This document shows positions 9,457-19,480 of a stretch of DNA of 64,000 nt, one piece after another. The position numbers were made by a program, and so were the translations under genes. Numbering within the stretch: position 1 is the first letter of the stretch; each line of letters begins with the position of its first letter. The stretch covers positions 125,459 through 189,458 of the forward strand of contig CAXWPJ010000004.1 in NCBI GenBank assembly GCA_963664115.2, given 5' to 3'. The notes under the pieces are model-generated. The model saw only the letters and a list, made by a program, of their open reading frames with translations, was not told the origin of the DNA and did not search any database. This DNA comes from Terriglobia bacterium. GTDB lineage: Bacteria; Acidobacteriota; Terriglobia; 20CM-2-55-15.

Positions 9457-11303
9457 GCGTACAAACCTGGACCTACATCTTCGTCGGACTCACCTTCAGC
9501 CTCTACCTGACCATCGCCTGGCTGAGCCGCGTTCGAGACACAAAGGGCTTCTATGTCGCCGGACAGGGCGTGCCCTCGGTCGCGAACGGGATGGCGACCG
9601 CGGCGGACTGGATGAGCGCCGCGTCCTACATTTCCATGGCCGGGTTGATCTCGACGATGGGATATGCGGGTGGCGTTTACCTCATGGGCTGGACCGGAGG
9701 GTTCGTGCTATTGGCTCTCCTGATCGCGCCGTATCTGAGAAAGTTCGGGCACTACACGGTACCGGATTTTATAGGCGACCGGTACGAGTCCAACGTGGCC
9801 CGGATGGCGGCAGTGGTCTGCGCGATCTTCGTTTCGTTTACTTACGTCGCGGGACAGATGCGCGGCGTAGGAGTGGTCTTCAGCCGTTTTCTGGAGGTGG
9901 ATATCAACGTCGGCGTCGTCATCGGCATGGCGATCGTGTTTGTGTACGCAACTCTTGGTGGCATGAAAGGGATTACCTGGACGCAGGTTGTCCAATACTG
10001 GGTCCTGATCACGGCTTTCCTGATACCCGCCATCGCGATCAGTATTCGACTCACCGGAGATTTTTTTCCGCAAGTCGGTCTCGGAGGTGAACTCGTTGAG
10101 GGACTCGATGGATCCGGCGTATACCTGCTGGAACGCCTCAATCAGATTCAGACCGATCTAGGCTTTGCCGCCTACACGGACACCTTTGTCGGCGGTTGGG
10201 ACAAAGCCAACGTCTTTCTCGTCACTCTGGCCCTGATGGTCGGCACGGCCGGACTGCCACACGTGATCGTCCGCTTCTACACAGTGAAGTCGGTTAAGGC
10301 CGCGCGATGGAGTGCATTCTGGGCACTGTTCTTTATCTCGATGCTCTACCTCACTGCGCCGGCAACCGCGGCGTTCGCGCGTTACTTCATGATCGACAGC
10401 CTGAACGGCCGAACCGCCGAGCAATTGCCGGAGTGGTTCGAGAACTGGGAAAGGACCGGCTTGATTCTATGGTTGGATGACGGCGACGGGAGGTTCCGCT
10501 ACGCCGCGGGTGCGGACAACGAAGTGTTTCGAAACGGGACGATTCCGGCAGCGCAACTGGCATCGCTGAGAGCGGAACATCAGCAGTGGCTGGACACCGC
10601 AGGCGCCGAGGGCGAAGACGGACGGATCGCGTTGAGAACCGCCGGTTTGTCGGGGCCGGATCGGGACATCATCGTCCTGGCGACGCCCGAAATGGCCGGG
10701 CTGGCCAACTGGATCGTCGCTCTGGTCGCGGCCGGCGGGCTGGCCGCAGCGCTTTCAACAGCCAGCGGCCTCCTGCTGGTGATCTCATCCAGCGTCGCCC
10801 ACGATCTCTATTTCCGAATTCTCCGACCCGGCGCCACCGAAGCCCAACGGCTACTGGTGGGACGCGCGGTCATCGGCATCGCCGTCGTCATTGCCGGAAT
10901 ATTCGGCATCTATCCACCCGGTTTCGTCAGCCAGGTCGTTGCCTTTGCCTTCGGGCTGGCCGCGGCCAGCTTCTTTCCGGCCATTGTTCTGGGCATCTTC
11001 AGCAAACGCGTGGGCACCGTACCCGCCGTTGCGGGTATGATGACCGGAATTTCCTTTACGGCCTTTTACATCATCGCGACGGTCTTCTTTGGAATGGATC
11101 GCTGGACTTTCGGACTGCTCCCTTCCGGTATCGACCCCCAGGGAATCGGCACAGTGGGCATGATGCTGAACTTCGCAGTCACTCTGGGACTCACGCGGTT
11201 TTTCCCGCCGCCGACCGCCGCGACACGGGAACTGGTCGACCGCATTCGGGAACCGGAATTTGTGGGCGCAGCAGTCAAGATCGAAGCCACGCCTCTGCAT
11301 TAG
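9453..11303 (+). CDS. Sodium:solute symporter (ActP-like)
   Basis: NGMATAADWMSAASYIS, GGMKGITWTQ, GTAGLPH.IVRFYT and AAALSTASGLL motifs. Confidence 0.93.
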   Translation: MSVQTWTYIFVGLTFSLYLTIAWLSRVRDTKGFYVAGQGVPSVANGMATAADWMSAASYISMAGLISTMGYAGGVYLMGWTGGFVLLALLIAPYLRKFGHYTVPDFIGDRYESNVARMAAVVCAIFVSFTYVAGQMRGVGVVFSRFLEVDINVGVVIGMAIVFVYATLGGMKGITWTQVVQYWVLITAFLIPAIAISIRLTGDFFPQVGLGGELVEGLDGSGVYLLERLNQIQTDLGFAAYTDTFVGGWDKANVFLVTLALMVGTAGLPHVIVRFYTVKSVKAARWSAFWALFFISMLYLTAPATAAFARYFMIDSLNGRTAEQLPEWFENWERTGLILWLDDGDGRFRYAAGADNEVFRNGTIPAAQLASLRAEHQQWLDTAGAEGEDGRIALRTAGLSGPDRDIIVLATPEMAGLANWIVALVAAGGLAAALSTASGLLLVISSSVAHDLYFRILRPGATEAQRLLVGRAVIGIAVVIAGIFGIYPPGFVSQVVAFAFGLAAASFFPAIVLGIFSKRVGTVPAVAGMMTGISFTAFYIIATVFFGMDRWTFGLLPSGIDPQGIGTVGMMLNFAVTLGLTRFFPPPTAATRELVDRIREPEFVGAAVKIEATPLH

Positions 11304-11319
11304 TTCACAGGAGATCACC

Positions 11320-12429
11320 ATGACGACGGCAAGAACCGCGATCGCTTTGGCATTGCTGACCTGGATCCCGACTGCGGCCCTTGAAGCGCAGCAGCCGCGT
11401 GCTGAAGTTCCGACATTCGCCGTGGATCCTTACTGGCCCAAACCGCTACCGAACGATTGGACCTTCGGGGAGTTCGCCGGAATCACTGTGGATTCGGACG
11501 ACCACATCTGGGTTATCCAACGCCCCCGCACCCTCGGCGAAGACGAGACCTATCTGCTGGCAGACCCGCCCGTCGGTGACTGTTGTCGACCGGCTCCGCC
11601 GGTGATGGAGTTCGACCAGGAAGGAAATCTCGTCCAGGCATGGGGCGGCACAGGCGAAGGCTACGACTGGCCGGAAAACGAGCACGGGATCTACGTGGAT
11701 GATAGGGACAACGTCTGGATCGGAGGAAATGGCGCAAGCGACCACCATATTCTGAAGTTCACCCGGAGTGGGGAGTTCCTGCTCCAGATCGGCCAACCGG
11801 GACAGAGCGCGGGAAGCAACGACACTGGAAACCTGAATCGACCTTCGAAAATGCAGGTGTCCGAAGCGGACAACGAGGTTTTTGTTTCCGACGGATATCA
11901 GAATCGACGCGTGATCGTCTTCGACGCCGATAGCGGCGAGTACAAAAGACACTGGGGCGCTTACGGCTCCGAACCCGAGGACGGAGCGCCACGAACCATA
12001 GTTCCAGAAGGGCCCGGTCCCCGCCAGTTCAATCTGGTACACGGAATCATTCTCTCGAAAGACGGACGTGTGTACGCCAGCGATCGTCTCAACAATCGCG
12101 TTCAGGAATTCAGGTCCGACGGCACCTTCGTTAAGGAATCGTTCATCCGCCGGGAGACGCTTGGCAACGGCACGGCATACGATGTAGACCTCAGCTCAGA
12201 TCCAGGTGAACGCTTCCTGTATGTTGCCGACGGCGTCAACAATCATGTCTGGATTTTAGAGCGGGACAGCCTGGACGTGGTGGGCCGTTTCGGACGTCAG
12301 GGACGCTATGCGGGACAATTTCACCATGTGCACAGCATCGCCGTGGATTCGAGTGGCAACATCTACACGGCCGAAACGCAGGGAAAGCGGGTTCAGAGAT
12401 TCCTCTTCGAAGGCTTAAGGTCTGATTAA
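11320..12429 (+). CDS. Exported NHL-repeat beta-propeller protein
   Basis: AGGAG RBS, signal peptide, VDPYWPKPLPN, VSDGYQNRRVIVFD, DRLNNRVQ and HSIAVDSSGNIY repeats. Confidence 0.85.
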   Translation: MTTARTAIALALLTWIPTAALEAQQPRAEVPTFAVDPYWPKPLPNDWTFGEFAGITVDSDDHIWVIQRPRTLGEDETYLLADPPVGDCCRPAPPVMEFDQEGNLVQAWGGTGEGYDWPENEHGIYVDDRDNVWIGGNGASDHHILKFTRSGEFLLQIGQPGQSAGSNDTGNLNRPSKMQVSEADNEVFVSDGYQNRRVIVFDADSGEYKRHWGAYGSEPEDGAPRTIVPEGPGPRQFNLVHGIILSKDGRVYASDRLNNRVQEFRSDGTFVKESFIRRETLGNGTAYDVDLSSDPGERFLYVADGVNNHVWILERDSLDVVGRFGRQGRYAGQFHHVHSIAVDSSGNIYTAETQGKRVQRFLFEGLRSD

Positions 12430-13373
12430 GGAAGCCCCAGCAATCTTGCCGGGTTCTCCTTCGACATCTGAACGATTTCAGCTTCGGTAAAGCCCCTTGA
12501 CTGCAAGGCGATGAGGAAATCCGCGAAACCGTCGGGCGGCAACTCGTTTTCCGCCTGCCCGAGGTCTGAAGAAAGAATGCAGAATTCCGGACCGATCCTC
12601 CGGATGGCATCCGCAAAGCGATCGACGCGCTCCCGAGCGTCGGGGGTCCTCATGGAGCTTCCGACGAACTCGATGAACGCGCCCAGCCGGGCCGCTTCCT
12701 GCATCTGGCCGATATCCATAAGGATCGGTGCATTCATCGCATGAGTGACGACCATGCGCCCGACGCGCTGGCGGCGTCCCTCACGCAATAACATCAGGCC
12801 TTCTTCTGCGGCCGAGTGACCGGTGGCGAGTATCAGGTCGTGTTCGGCGATGAGCGCGATGACTTCCTCTACTTCAGGCAACAATTCGCCCCCGCGTGAC
12901 ACGCTCACGAACGGCCTGTCCTCTTCGGAAAACCGTACCTGATTCTCCGAATCGAAGGTCGGCATCCAGACGAAGCGTCCCCAGCCTCCGGAAACCCGCG
13001 TCATGTACTCCACAGCCGCCGGGTTGATGCCGCCGACCGTGAGGTTCAGGTCGATGCCGCCGAACACTTCGATGCCGGAAACCTGCCGGCGGACGATGTA
13101 GGCGAGACCTGCCGTCGAAACGTAGTGGTTCTTCAGTACGATGGCCCGCATTCCGGCTGAGAGAGCCAACTCCGCGGCTTCGACCCCGTCGACGGACCGC
13201 GCCCGGTCATCCGGAAAAGCATGGACGTGGATATCGATGGCGCCATCAAGCGCGCGGGAGACCTCAGATTCTGAAGCACTTTGACCGGCACCGTTCGATG
13301 CCATGGCAGCCAGCATCAAAACGAGCAGTGCCCACCGCCCCACGGGTCTCGCCTTCCATTTCCGCATACGCAT
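12426..13373 (-). CDS. Exported metal-dependent hydrolase-like protein (DUF6282-type)
   Basis: IDIHVH, VLKNH, VWMPT, LATGH, VVTH and ILSSDLGQ metal-ligand motifs; GGAGG RBS before ATG 13373. Confidence 0.8.
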   Translation of the reverse strand: MRMRKWKARPVGRWALLVLMLAAMASNGAGQSASESEVSRALDGAIDIHVHAFPDDRARSVDGVEAAELALSAGMRAIVLKNHYVSTAGLAYIVRRQVSGIEVFGGIDLNLTVGGINPAAVEYMTRVSGGWGRFVWMPTFDSENQVRFSEEDRPFVSVSRGGELLPEVEEVIALIAEHDLILATGHSAAEEGLMLLREGRRQRVGRMVVTHAMNAPILMDIGQMQEAARLGAFIEFVGSSMRTPDARERVDRFADAIRRIGPEFCILSSDLGQAENELPPDGFADFLIALQSRGFTEAEIVQMSKENPARLLGLP

Positions 13374-13388
13374 CAAGACCTCCGTCTA

Positions 13389-15190
13389 AAAAGGGGTCAG
13401 AGCCCTTATTTCCTAATTAAACAGACGCACGATAACTCGATACCGTAGCGGCTGTTAGGGCTTGACGGGTTAGAACCCACCGAATCGGTTGAGGTGACGG
13501 CAAGCTTATAAAGTTTCGAGCCGCCGCGTCAATGAAACGCGCACCAAGGCCTTGCCGGCGAACCGGACGAATTGAACACGTCCGAATCGCTAACTTCCAC
13601 CGTTCATCTTCGATGAATAAGATGGATGCATAGGGTGAACGCAACCGCGCAGGACTTCGATTTGGGGACCGCTACATGTCCATCCAACTTCGTATGCGAC
13701 CGAGCTTCGGCTATTTGGGCTTATACTGCATAAATCCTGCGCATCGCGAGAGAATTACGGCCCCGTGATCGCCCGGAATCGGGTCAGGTCCACGCCGACA
13801 TCTTGACGCACGCGAACTCGTAGGTCCGAAGGAGGAGTATCACAGGGTGAGAACAATTGTGCCCCCGTTTTCCCGTTCCAATGTCCTGGAAGGAGACTCT
13901 GATGATTGAAGTTCGCCAGAGAAGGGTCGTCCCCTCGGTACTGGTTTTGGTCACGTTGCTCTTACCCCTGGGTGCGGGCGCGCAGTACACGCCGGAGCGA
14001 CACAACTGGGAAACGCGGCGTCCTGCAGAAGTCGGCATGAATGCGACGCTGGTCGAGGAGGCCGTTCAGATGGCCATCGACGGTGAGACTCCGGGAACAC
14101 ACGATATGGCACTCTCACAGCAACTCGCCTTCGGCCGTGAACCCCATAGTGAGCCCATCGGCCCGTTTCGAACGCGGGGAGATGCCGCCGGTATCATCAT
14201 CCGCAACGGTTACATTGTTACCGAGTGGGGTGACCCATACAGAGTGGACATGACTCATTCTGTATCCAAGAGCTTTCTGTCCACGACCGTGGGGCTGGCG
14301 TGGGCAGATGGCCTGATCGACGACATTGACGATACCGTTGCGCCCTATATGGCGCCCGTCCTGCTGCCCGAAGGTGACGGCGAACGGAATCTCAGCGGAG
14401 ACAGCTATTCCCACGAACCGGTGACGCTGTTTGAAGACGAGCACAACCGGAAGATCACCTGGCGCAATCTCCTGCAGCAGAACAGCGCCTGGCGCGGCAC
14501 GCTCTGGGGCAAACCGGACTGGGCCGACCGCCCGGCGGAGGATAGATCGGCCTGGCTCGATATGGACCGGCCGGAACCGGGAACGGTCTACGAATACAAT
14601 GACACGCGCGTAAACCTCTTGGCTTTGCTCGCAACTCAGGTGTGGCGGGAGCCGCTCCCGAACGTGCTCAGGCGAAGGGTCATGGATCCGATTGGCGCGT
14701 CGAACACCTGGCGTTGGCACGGATACGAAAATTCCTGGATCACCCAAGATGGCGAAAGAATCCAGATCGTGAGCGGTGGCGGTCACTGGGGTGGGGGCAT
14801 GTTCTTAAGTGCGCGTGACCAGGCTCGCTTAGGGATGTTTACCCTCCGTCGCGGAAACTGGAAGGGCGAGCAGTTGCTGCCGGAAGAGTGGTTCGACATG
14901 GCCACAACTCCGTCGACGCCGAACCCCGGATACGGGTTTATGAATTACTTCCTGAACGGCCCTGGAGAGGATGGAAGAAAGACCTACCCGAGTGCTCCGG
15001 ACGAAGCATATGCCCACCGGGGATCCGGAACCAACCTGGTGTATGTAGATCCGGTGAACGACCTGGTGATTGTCGCCCGCTGGATACAGGGTGGCGCTAT
15101 CGACCCGTTTCTGGGAAAGGTTGTCGAGTCGATCAACTAATGATGATTACACGATTTGGAAAATAGGAATATAGGGCTCTGACCCCTTTT
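13389..15190. mobile_element. Putative non-autonomous inverted-repeat-bounded cassette carrying a serine hydrolase
   Basis: 13386-13418 CTAAAAAGGGGTCAGAGCCCTTATTTCCTAATT versus the reverse complement of 15161-15193, CTAAAAAGGGGTCAGAGCCCTATATTCCTATTT (29/33 identical). TA at 13387-13388 and 15191-15192. No transposase inside. Confidence 0.55.
13902..15140 (+). CDS. Exported serine hydrolase (beta-lactamase/class C-like fold)
   Basis: AGGAG RBS, signal peptide, SVSK (SxxK), YND, SARDQAR and HRG motifs. Confidence 0.9.
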   Translation: MIEVRQRRVVPSVLVLVTLLLPLGAGAQYTPERHNWETRRPAEVGMNATLVEEAVQMAIDGETPGTHDMALSQQLAFGREPHSEPIGPFRTRGDAAGIIIRNGYIVTEWGDPYRVDMTHSVSKSFLSTTVGLAWADGLIDDIDDTVAPYMAPVLLPEGDGERNLSGDSYSHEPVTLFEDEHNRKITWRNLLQQNSAWRGTLWGKPDWADRPAEDRSAWLDMDRPEPGTVYEYNDTRVNLLALLATQVWREPLPNVLRRRVMDPIGASNTWRWHGYENSWITQDGERIQIVSGGGHWGGGMFLSARDQARLGMFTLRRGNWKGEQLLPEEWFDMATTPSTPNPGYGFMNYFLNGPGEDGRKTYPSAPDEAYAHRGSGTNLVYVDPVNDLVIVARWIQGGAIDPFLGKVVESIN

Positions 15191-15996
15191 TAGCCCTGGT
15201 GCGAGTTGATGAAGCTGGAAATCTGCTGCGCAACCAGGTCGGGTCTGATGAGAGGAGCCAGATGGTCGCAATCGTCCAACGTTAACAACTGAGCACTGGG
15301 TAAGGCCGCGGCTAGAATCGCGGAGGCGCCTTCGAGGAGCGGGGGCGTTCGCCCTCCTTTGATTACCAGTGTCGGTTGGTTCAACTGCAGTAGATCGGAC
15401 CTCGATCGGGGCCAACGGAGCGCAAAATCGAGTTCGTTTCGGAGCGGTAGCCAGTTGTCTATGCCTTTCTCCGAGGGCATGCGGGCGAGTTCGACCTTGG
15501 TGTCGTGTAAGAGCTCAAGGTGGTCCATGAATTTCTTGATCCCACCTTCGATATCACCGCCCTGAAACAAGGGGACGATTTCCTCCTTCATTTTTTTGAG
15601 TGGGGGAGGGATCGCATTATCGGGATACATAGCGTACACGGCCGGTTCCATGAGAACCAATCCGCGAACGCGATCGGCGAAGAGACTCGCGTACCCCAGG
15701 GCGACGATGCCGCCGGAGGAATGCCCGAACACCCACACGGGCCCGGATGCGGCTTCGTCGAGAACCGCGTGAACAGAATTTGCCTGTTCTTCGACGCTCG
15801 TGTTCGCATCGAGTCGTGTCGAACGCCGGTATCCCAATCGATCTAAAGCTATGCAACGGTGGCTGCCGGAAAGCTCGTTGATCAGTGGCGCCAAAGTGTC
15901 GGAATCGGAAGCTGCGCCATGCAGGAAGAGAATCTCGGGGCCCGTTCCTTCAACCGTGTAGAAAACTTCTTTATCTTGCGTGACCTGAACAATCAC
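15190..15996 (-). CDS. Alpha/beta hydrolase
   Basis: FLHG, LDRLGY, nucleophile GHSSG and C-terminal His. GTG 15996 start inferred from an upstream AAGGA. Confidence 0.88.
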   Translation of the reverse strand: MIVQVTQDKEVFYTVEGTGPEILFLHGAASDSDTLAPLINELSGSHRCIALDRLGYRRSTRLDANTSVEEQANSVHAVLDEAASGPVWVFGHSSGGIVALGYASLFADRVRGLVLMEPAVYAMYPDNAIPPPLKKMKEEIVPLFQGGDIEGGIKKFMDHLELLHDTKVELARMPSEKGIDNWLPLRNELDFALRWPRSRSDLLQLNQPTLVIKGGRTPPLLEGASAILAAALPSAQLLTLDDCDHLAPLIRPDLVAQQISSFINSHQG

Positions 15997-16051
15997 ATGT
16001 GATCCTTGGATGACATCATTCGATGCCAGAAAAATATAGTGTCGACCAATT

Positions 16052-17731
16052 TCAAGCTCTGGCTGAAAGCAGGTCGCGGACGCGTCGCGCAAGACTGGTC
16101 CGGGTGAAGGGCTTTTCGATCAGGGCATTGCCGAGTTCTTCGCGATCACGGTCCTGCTTGATGAAGCCCTCGGTGTAGCCCGATGTATAGAGTATCTGGA
16201 TCTCAGGGCGGTCCTCACGGATTCGGCGCGCCAACTCCAGACCACTCATGTGCGGCATGACGAGGTCTGTCAGGAGCAGGTCAATGGGCTCGGCGAAACT
16301 TTCGGCTAGCTTGCAGGCCTCCAGACCATCCGCAGCATCCATGACATCATAGCCGTAGAACTCCAGTGTTTTCCGCATCAGAGCACGAACACCGGCCTCA
16401 TCCTCTACAACCAGGACGGTCTCGGTTCCGTGAAGCCCGTCATCGGATTCCGAGTTCGACCGCCGATCCACACTTTCGGGTTGATCGACCCTCGGGAGAT
16501 AAACTTTGACCGTCGTACCTTTCTCGAGCTCGCTGTAGGCCCAAACGTTGCCGCCGCTCTGTTTGACTATTCCATAGACCGTCGACAAACCCAGACCAGT
16601 GCCGCCGACCCGGGTTGTAAAGAAAGGATCAAAGGCCTGCCGCAGTGTTTCCAAATCCATCCCGACGCCCGTGTCACTAACCGACAACATGACGTACGGG
16701 CCGGGCCGGACGCCCACGCGCCCCTGGGCATAGTCCTCATCCAGTTCCACGTTAGCGGTTTCTATGATCAATCGACCGCCTTCGGGCATCGCCTCCCGCG
16801 CATTGACGACCAGATTCAACAGCACCTGCTGGATCTGTGCGGGGTTTGCCTGGACCGTCGAGGATTCACCCGGTTGGATCCACATCTCAATGTCCTCTCC
16901 GATCAGTCGCTCAAACATCGCCTGCATGTCTTCGACAACGCGACCCAGACTCATGGCCCGCGGTTGTAACAATTGCTTCCGGCTGAACGCCAACAACTGC
17001 TGCGTCAGCGCCGCCGCGCGCACCGCCTCTTTTCGAACGGTTCGGGCGTCTTCTCTCAAGGTGCCAGTGTCATCGATTGCGGACAAATCCTGAATGAGCG
17101 TTTCGGTCAAGCCGAGGATCACCGTCAAGATGTTGTTGAAATCGTGAGCAATTCCTCCAGCCAGCCGCCCTACGGCCTCCATTTTTTGTGACTGAAACAG
17201 TTGCTGCTCGAGTTGCTTCCGTTCGGTGAGGTCCCGAACGATTCCCCAGATGCCGATAACGCGTCCCGCACTGTTACGTTCGGGTTCGGACCGATCTTCG
17301 ACCCATCGGTACTCACCCGTAGTTTTGTTGCGCATGCGGTATTCTCGAACGACCCTCTCACCTTCAGTCAGCAGTCGGGTTTCACGCATCACCTTGTCCA
17401 TGTCTTCCGGATGCACCAACTCGAACGGATGCTCTTCGGGGTTTGCGAGACCGAATGGGCCGCCAGTTCCCAGGGGACCTCCCTGAATGAACTCTTCAGC
17501 CCGACAGCCACTGAAATCGAAAATGCGGTCGCTCAGGAATTCCAATTGCCAGGTACGCTCATCCGGATCGATGGACACGGCGTACACAAGATCATTGGCG
17601 TGGTGAAGCAGCGCCCGAAATGTTTTGGCTGCCTGCTCGACCGAGGCTAGGCTGTCAGGATGTTCGTTTTCAGGTTCTTTGGGTTTCAATGAAGGATCCC
17701 CAACACTCCGATAACGGACCGGCCGGTGCAC
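16052..17731 (-). CDS. PAS hybrid sensor histidine kinase with receiver domain (CckA-like)
   Basis: VHPED PAS, AGGIAHDFNNIL H-box, NLVVNAREAM, FDPFFTT, GTGLGL; receiver VEDE...TDLVMP...KPF. Confidence 0.93.
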   Translation of the reverse strand: MHRPVRYRSVGDPSLKPKEPENEHPDSLASVEQAAKTFRALLHHANDLVYAVSIDPDERTWQLEFLSDRIFDFSGCRAEEFIQGGPLGTGGPFGLANPEEHPFELVHPEDMDKVMRETRLLTEGERVVREYRMRNKTTGEYRWVEDRSEPERNSAGRVIGIWGIVRDLTERKQLEQQLFQSQKMEAVGRLAGGIAHDFNNILTVILGLTETLIQDLSAIDDTGTLREDARTVRKEAVRAAALTQQLLAFSRKQLLQPRAMSLGRVVEDMQAMFERLIGEDIEMWIQPGESSTVQANPAQIQQVLLNLVVNAREAMPEGGRLIIETANVELDEDYAQGRVGVRPGPYVMLSVSDTGVGMDLETLRQAFDPFFTTRVGGTGLGLSTVYGIVKQSGGNVWAYSELEKGTTVKVYLPRVDQPESVDRRSNSESDDGLHGTETVLVVEDEAGVRALMRKTLEFYGYDVMDAADGLEACKLAESFAEPIDLLLTDLVMPHMSGLELARRIREDRPEIQILYTSGYTEGFIKQDRDREELGNALIEKPFTRTSLARRVRDLLSARA

Positions 17732-17827
17732 TATTCAGGACCGATCATATCATTTCGGCGCGCGCCGACTAACGCCCGCCGGCTAAGGGATAGGTGAGGT
17801 CAGGGCGCTGGACGTATAATGAAGACT

Positions 17828-19456
17828 ATGGAACAGAGTCGGCGAAATCGACGGCTGCTACGCCTTCTTGCGGCGATTCTATTTCTCAACCTGTGGACCT
17901 CGCCGGAGTCGTCGGCCCAGACCCGACTGCGATTCGAAATCTCTGTGCCCGAGTCGCTGCGATCCGAGCCGATCACCGGACGCGTGTACGTCATGTTCTC
18001 CCCAAATAATCCGCGCAGCCCCTATCTGCAGGTGGGCCGCACTGGCATTCCATTTTTCGGAACTGATGTTGAAAGCCTGCCACCGGGCACCGTGGCCGTT
18101 GTCGACGAGGACGACCTCGGCACGCCGGTCGCGAACCTCAGCGACATCCCTCCAGGCGACTATTTCATACAGGCCTTCGTCAGTATTTATTCGGAATTTC
18201 AGAGGGCCGACGGCCATGTCGTCTGGATGCACGACGACAGATGGGAGGGGCAACGTTGGAATCGCTCGCCAGGCAATCTCTACAGCGTTCCGCAGCGCGT
18301 GACGATCGACCCTGCGGCCGGAGGCGTGTTCCGGTTGGAAGCGAACCGCGTAATTCCTCCAGTTGAGATACCGGATGATACGGAGTGGGTCCGGCGCCTG
18401 CGTTTCCAAAGTCCGACGCTCTCGGAGTTCTGGGGACGGCCGATTTACCTCGGCGCAACAGTTCTCCTGCCGCCCGACTACGACGAGAACACAATGTCCT
18501 ACCCTGTGGTTTACGAGCAGGACCACTTTTCACTGAATGCGCCGATGGGGTTTGCCCCAGGGCGCCGGCTGTATGACGCGTGGACGTCGGATGATTTCCC
18601 CCGCATGATCGTCGTCACCTTCCAACATCCCACGCCCTATTTTGACGACTCCTACGCAGTGAATTCTGCGAACGTCGGCCCCTACGGTGACGCAATCATG
18701 GGCGAACTCATTCCGGAAATAGAACAGCGTTTTCGAGTGATCACCGAACCCTGGGCCCGAATATTGACCGGCGGGTCCACAGGCGGTTGGGAAGCCCTGG
18801 CACTACAGATCTTTCACCCGGACTTCTTTGGTGGCACCTGGGCCTATTGTCCCGACCCCGTGGATTTTCACGACGTCGAGGGCATCAATATCTACGAGGA
18901 TACGAACGCTTACTACAGACAGCAGGGCGGACGCCGGGTGCCCACGCCGAACACACGGGAAACCAACGGCGAGATACGCTTGACCTCCGAACAGCGCAAT
19001 CACTTTGAATTGGTCAGTGGAACGAGAGGCCGCTCCGGCGAACAGCTCGATGCATGGTCCGCCGTATACGGACCCCTCGGCGAAGATGGGTATTTCAAAC
19101 CTCTATTCGACAAACTCACAGGTGAGATCGATCCCGACGTTGCCGCATACTGGCGCGACAACTACGACCTGCGTTACTACCTCGAGCAGAACTGGACCGC
19201 GATAGGAAGAAAACTCATCGACAAGCTGCACATCTACACAGGCACCATGGACAACTTCTATTTAAACAATTCCACGAAGATGCTCGAAGAGTGGATGGCG
19301 ACCACCACGGACCCACACTACGCAGGCTACTTCGAATACGGTATCGGTGCCGGCCACTGCTGGGCGGGAACCGCGACCAGTTGGGAACGACTCCGGGAGA
19401 TGGCCGACTACGTCATCGAAAAGAAACCCGCCTCTACGCCTGCCCCCTGGTATTAG
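17828..19456 (+). CDS. Exported putative esterase-family alpha/beta hydrolase with an N-terminal beta domain
   Basis: Signal peptide, SPTLSEFWGRP, GGSTGGW nucleophile elbow, C-terminal GH. Confidence 0.85.
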   Translation: MEQSRRNRRLLRLLAAILFLNLWTSPESSAQTRLRFEISVPESLRSEPITGRVYVMFSPNNPRSPYLQVGRTGIPFFGTDVESLPPGTVAVVDEDDLGTPVANLSDIPPGDYFIQAFVSIYSEFQRADGHVVWMHDDRWEGQRWNRSPGNLYSVPQRVTIDPAAGGVFRLEANRVIPPVEIPDDTEWVRRLRFQSPTLSEFWGRPIYLGATVLLPPDYDENTMSYPVVYEQDHFSLNAPMGFAPGRRLYDAWTSDDFPRMIVVTFQHPTPYFDDSYAVNSANVGPYGDAIMGELIPEIEQRFRVITEPWARILTGGSTGGWEALALQIFHPDFFGGTWAYCPDPVDFHDVEGINIYEDTNAYYRQQGGRRVPTPNTRETNGEIRLTSEQRNHFELVSGTRGRSGEQLDAWSAVYGPLGEDGYFKPLFDKLTGEIDPDVAAYWRDNYDLRYYLEQNWTAIGRKLIDKLHIYTGTMDNFYLNNSTKMLEEWMATTTDPHYAGYFEYGIGAGHCWAGTATSWERLREMADYVIEKKPASTPAPWY

Positions 19457-19480
19457 TCTGTAACTGAAGAGAAGAAAGAA

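Noticed and set aside
13902-15140. Antibiotic-resistance beta-lactamase
   Set aside because: The SxxK/YxN-like fold is shared with many esterases and amidases, and no class-specific beta-lactamase signature was seen.
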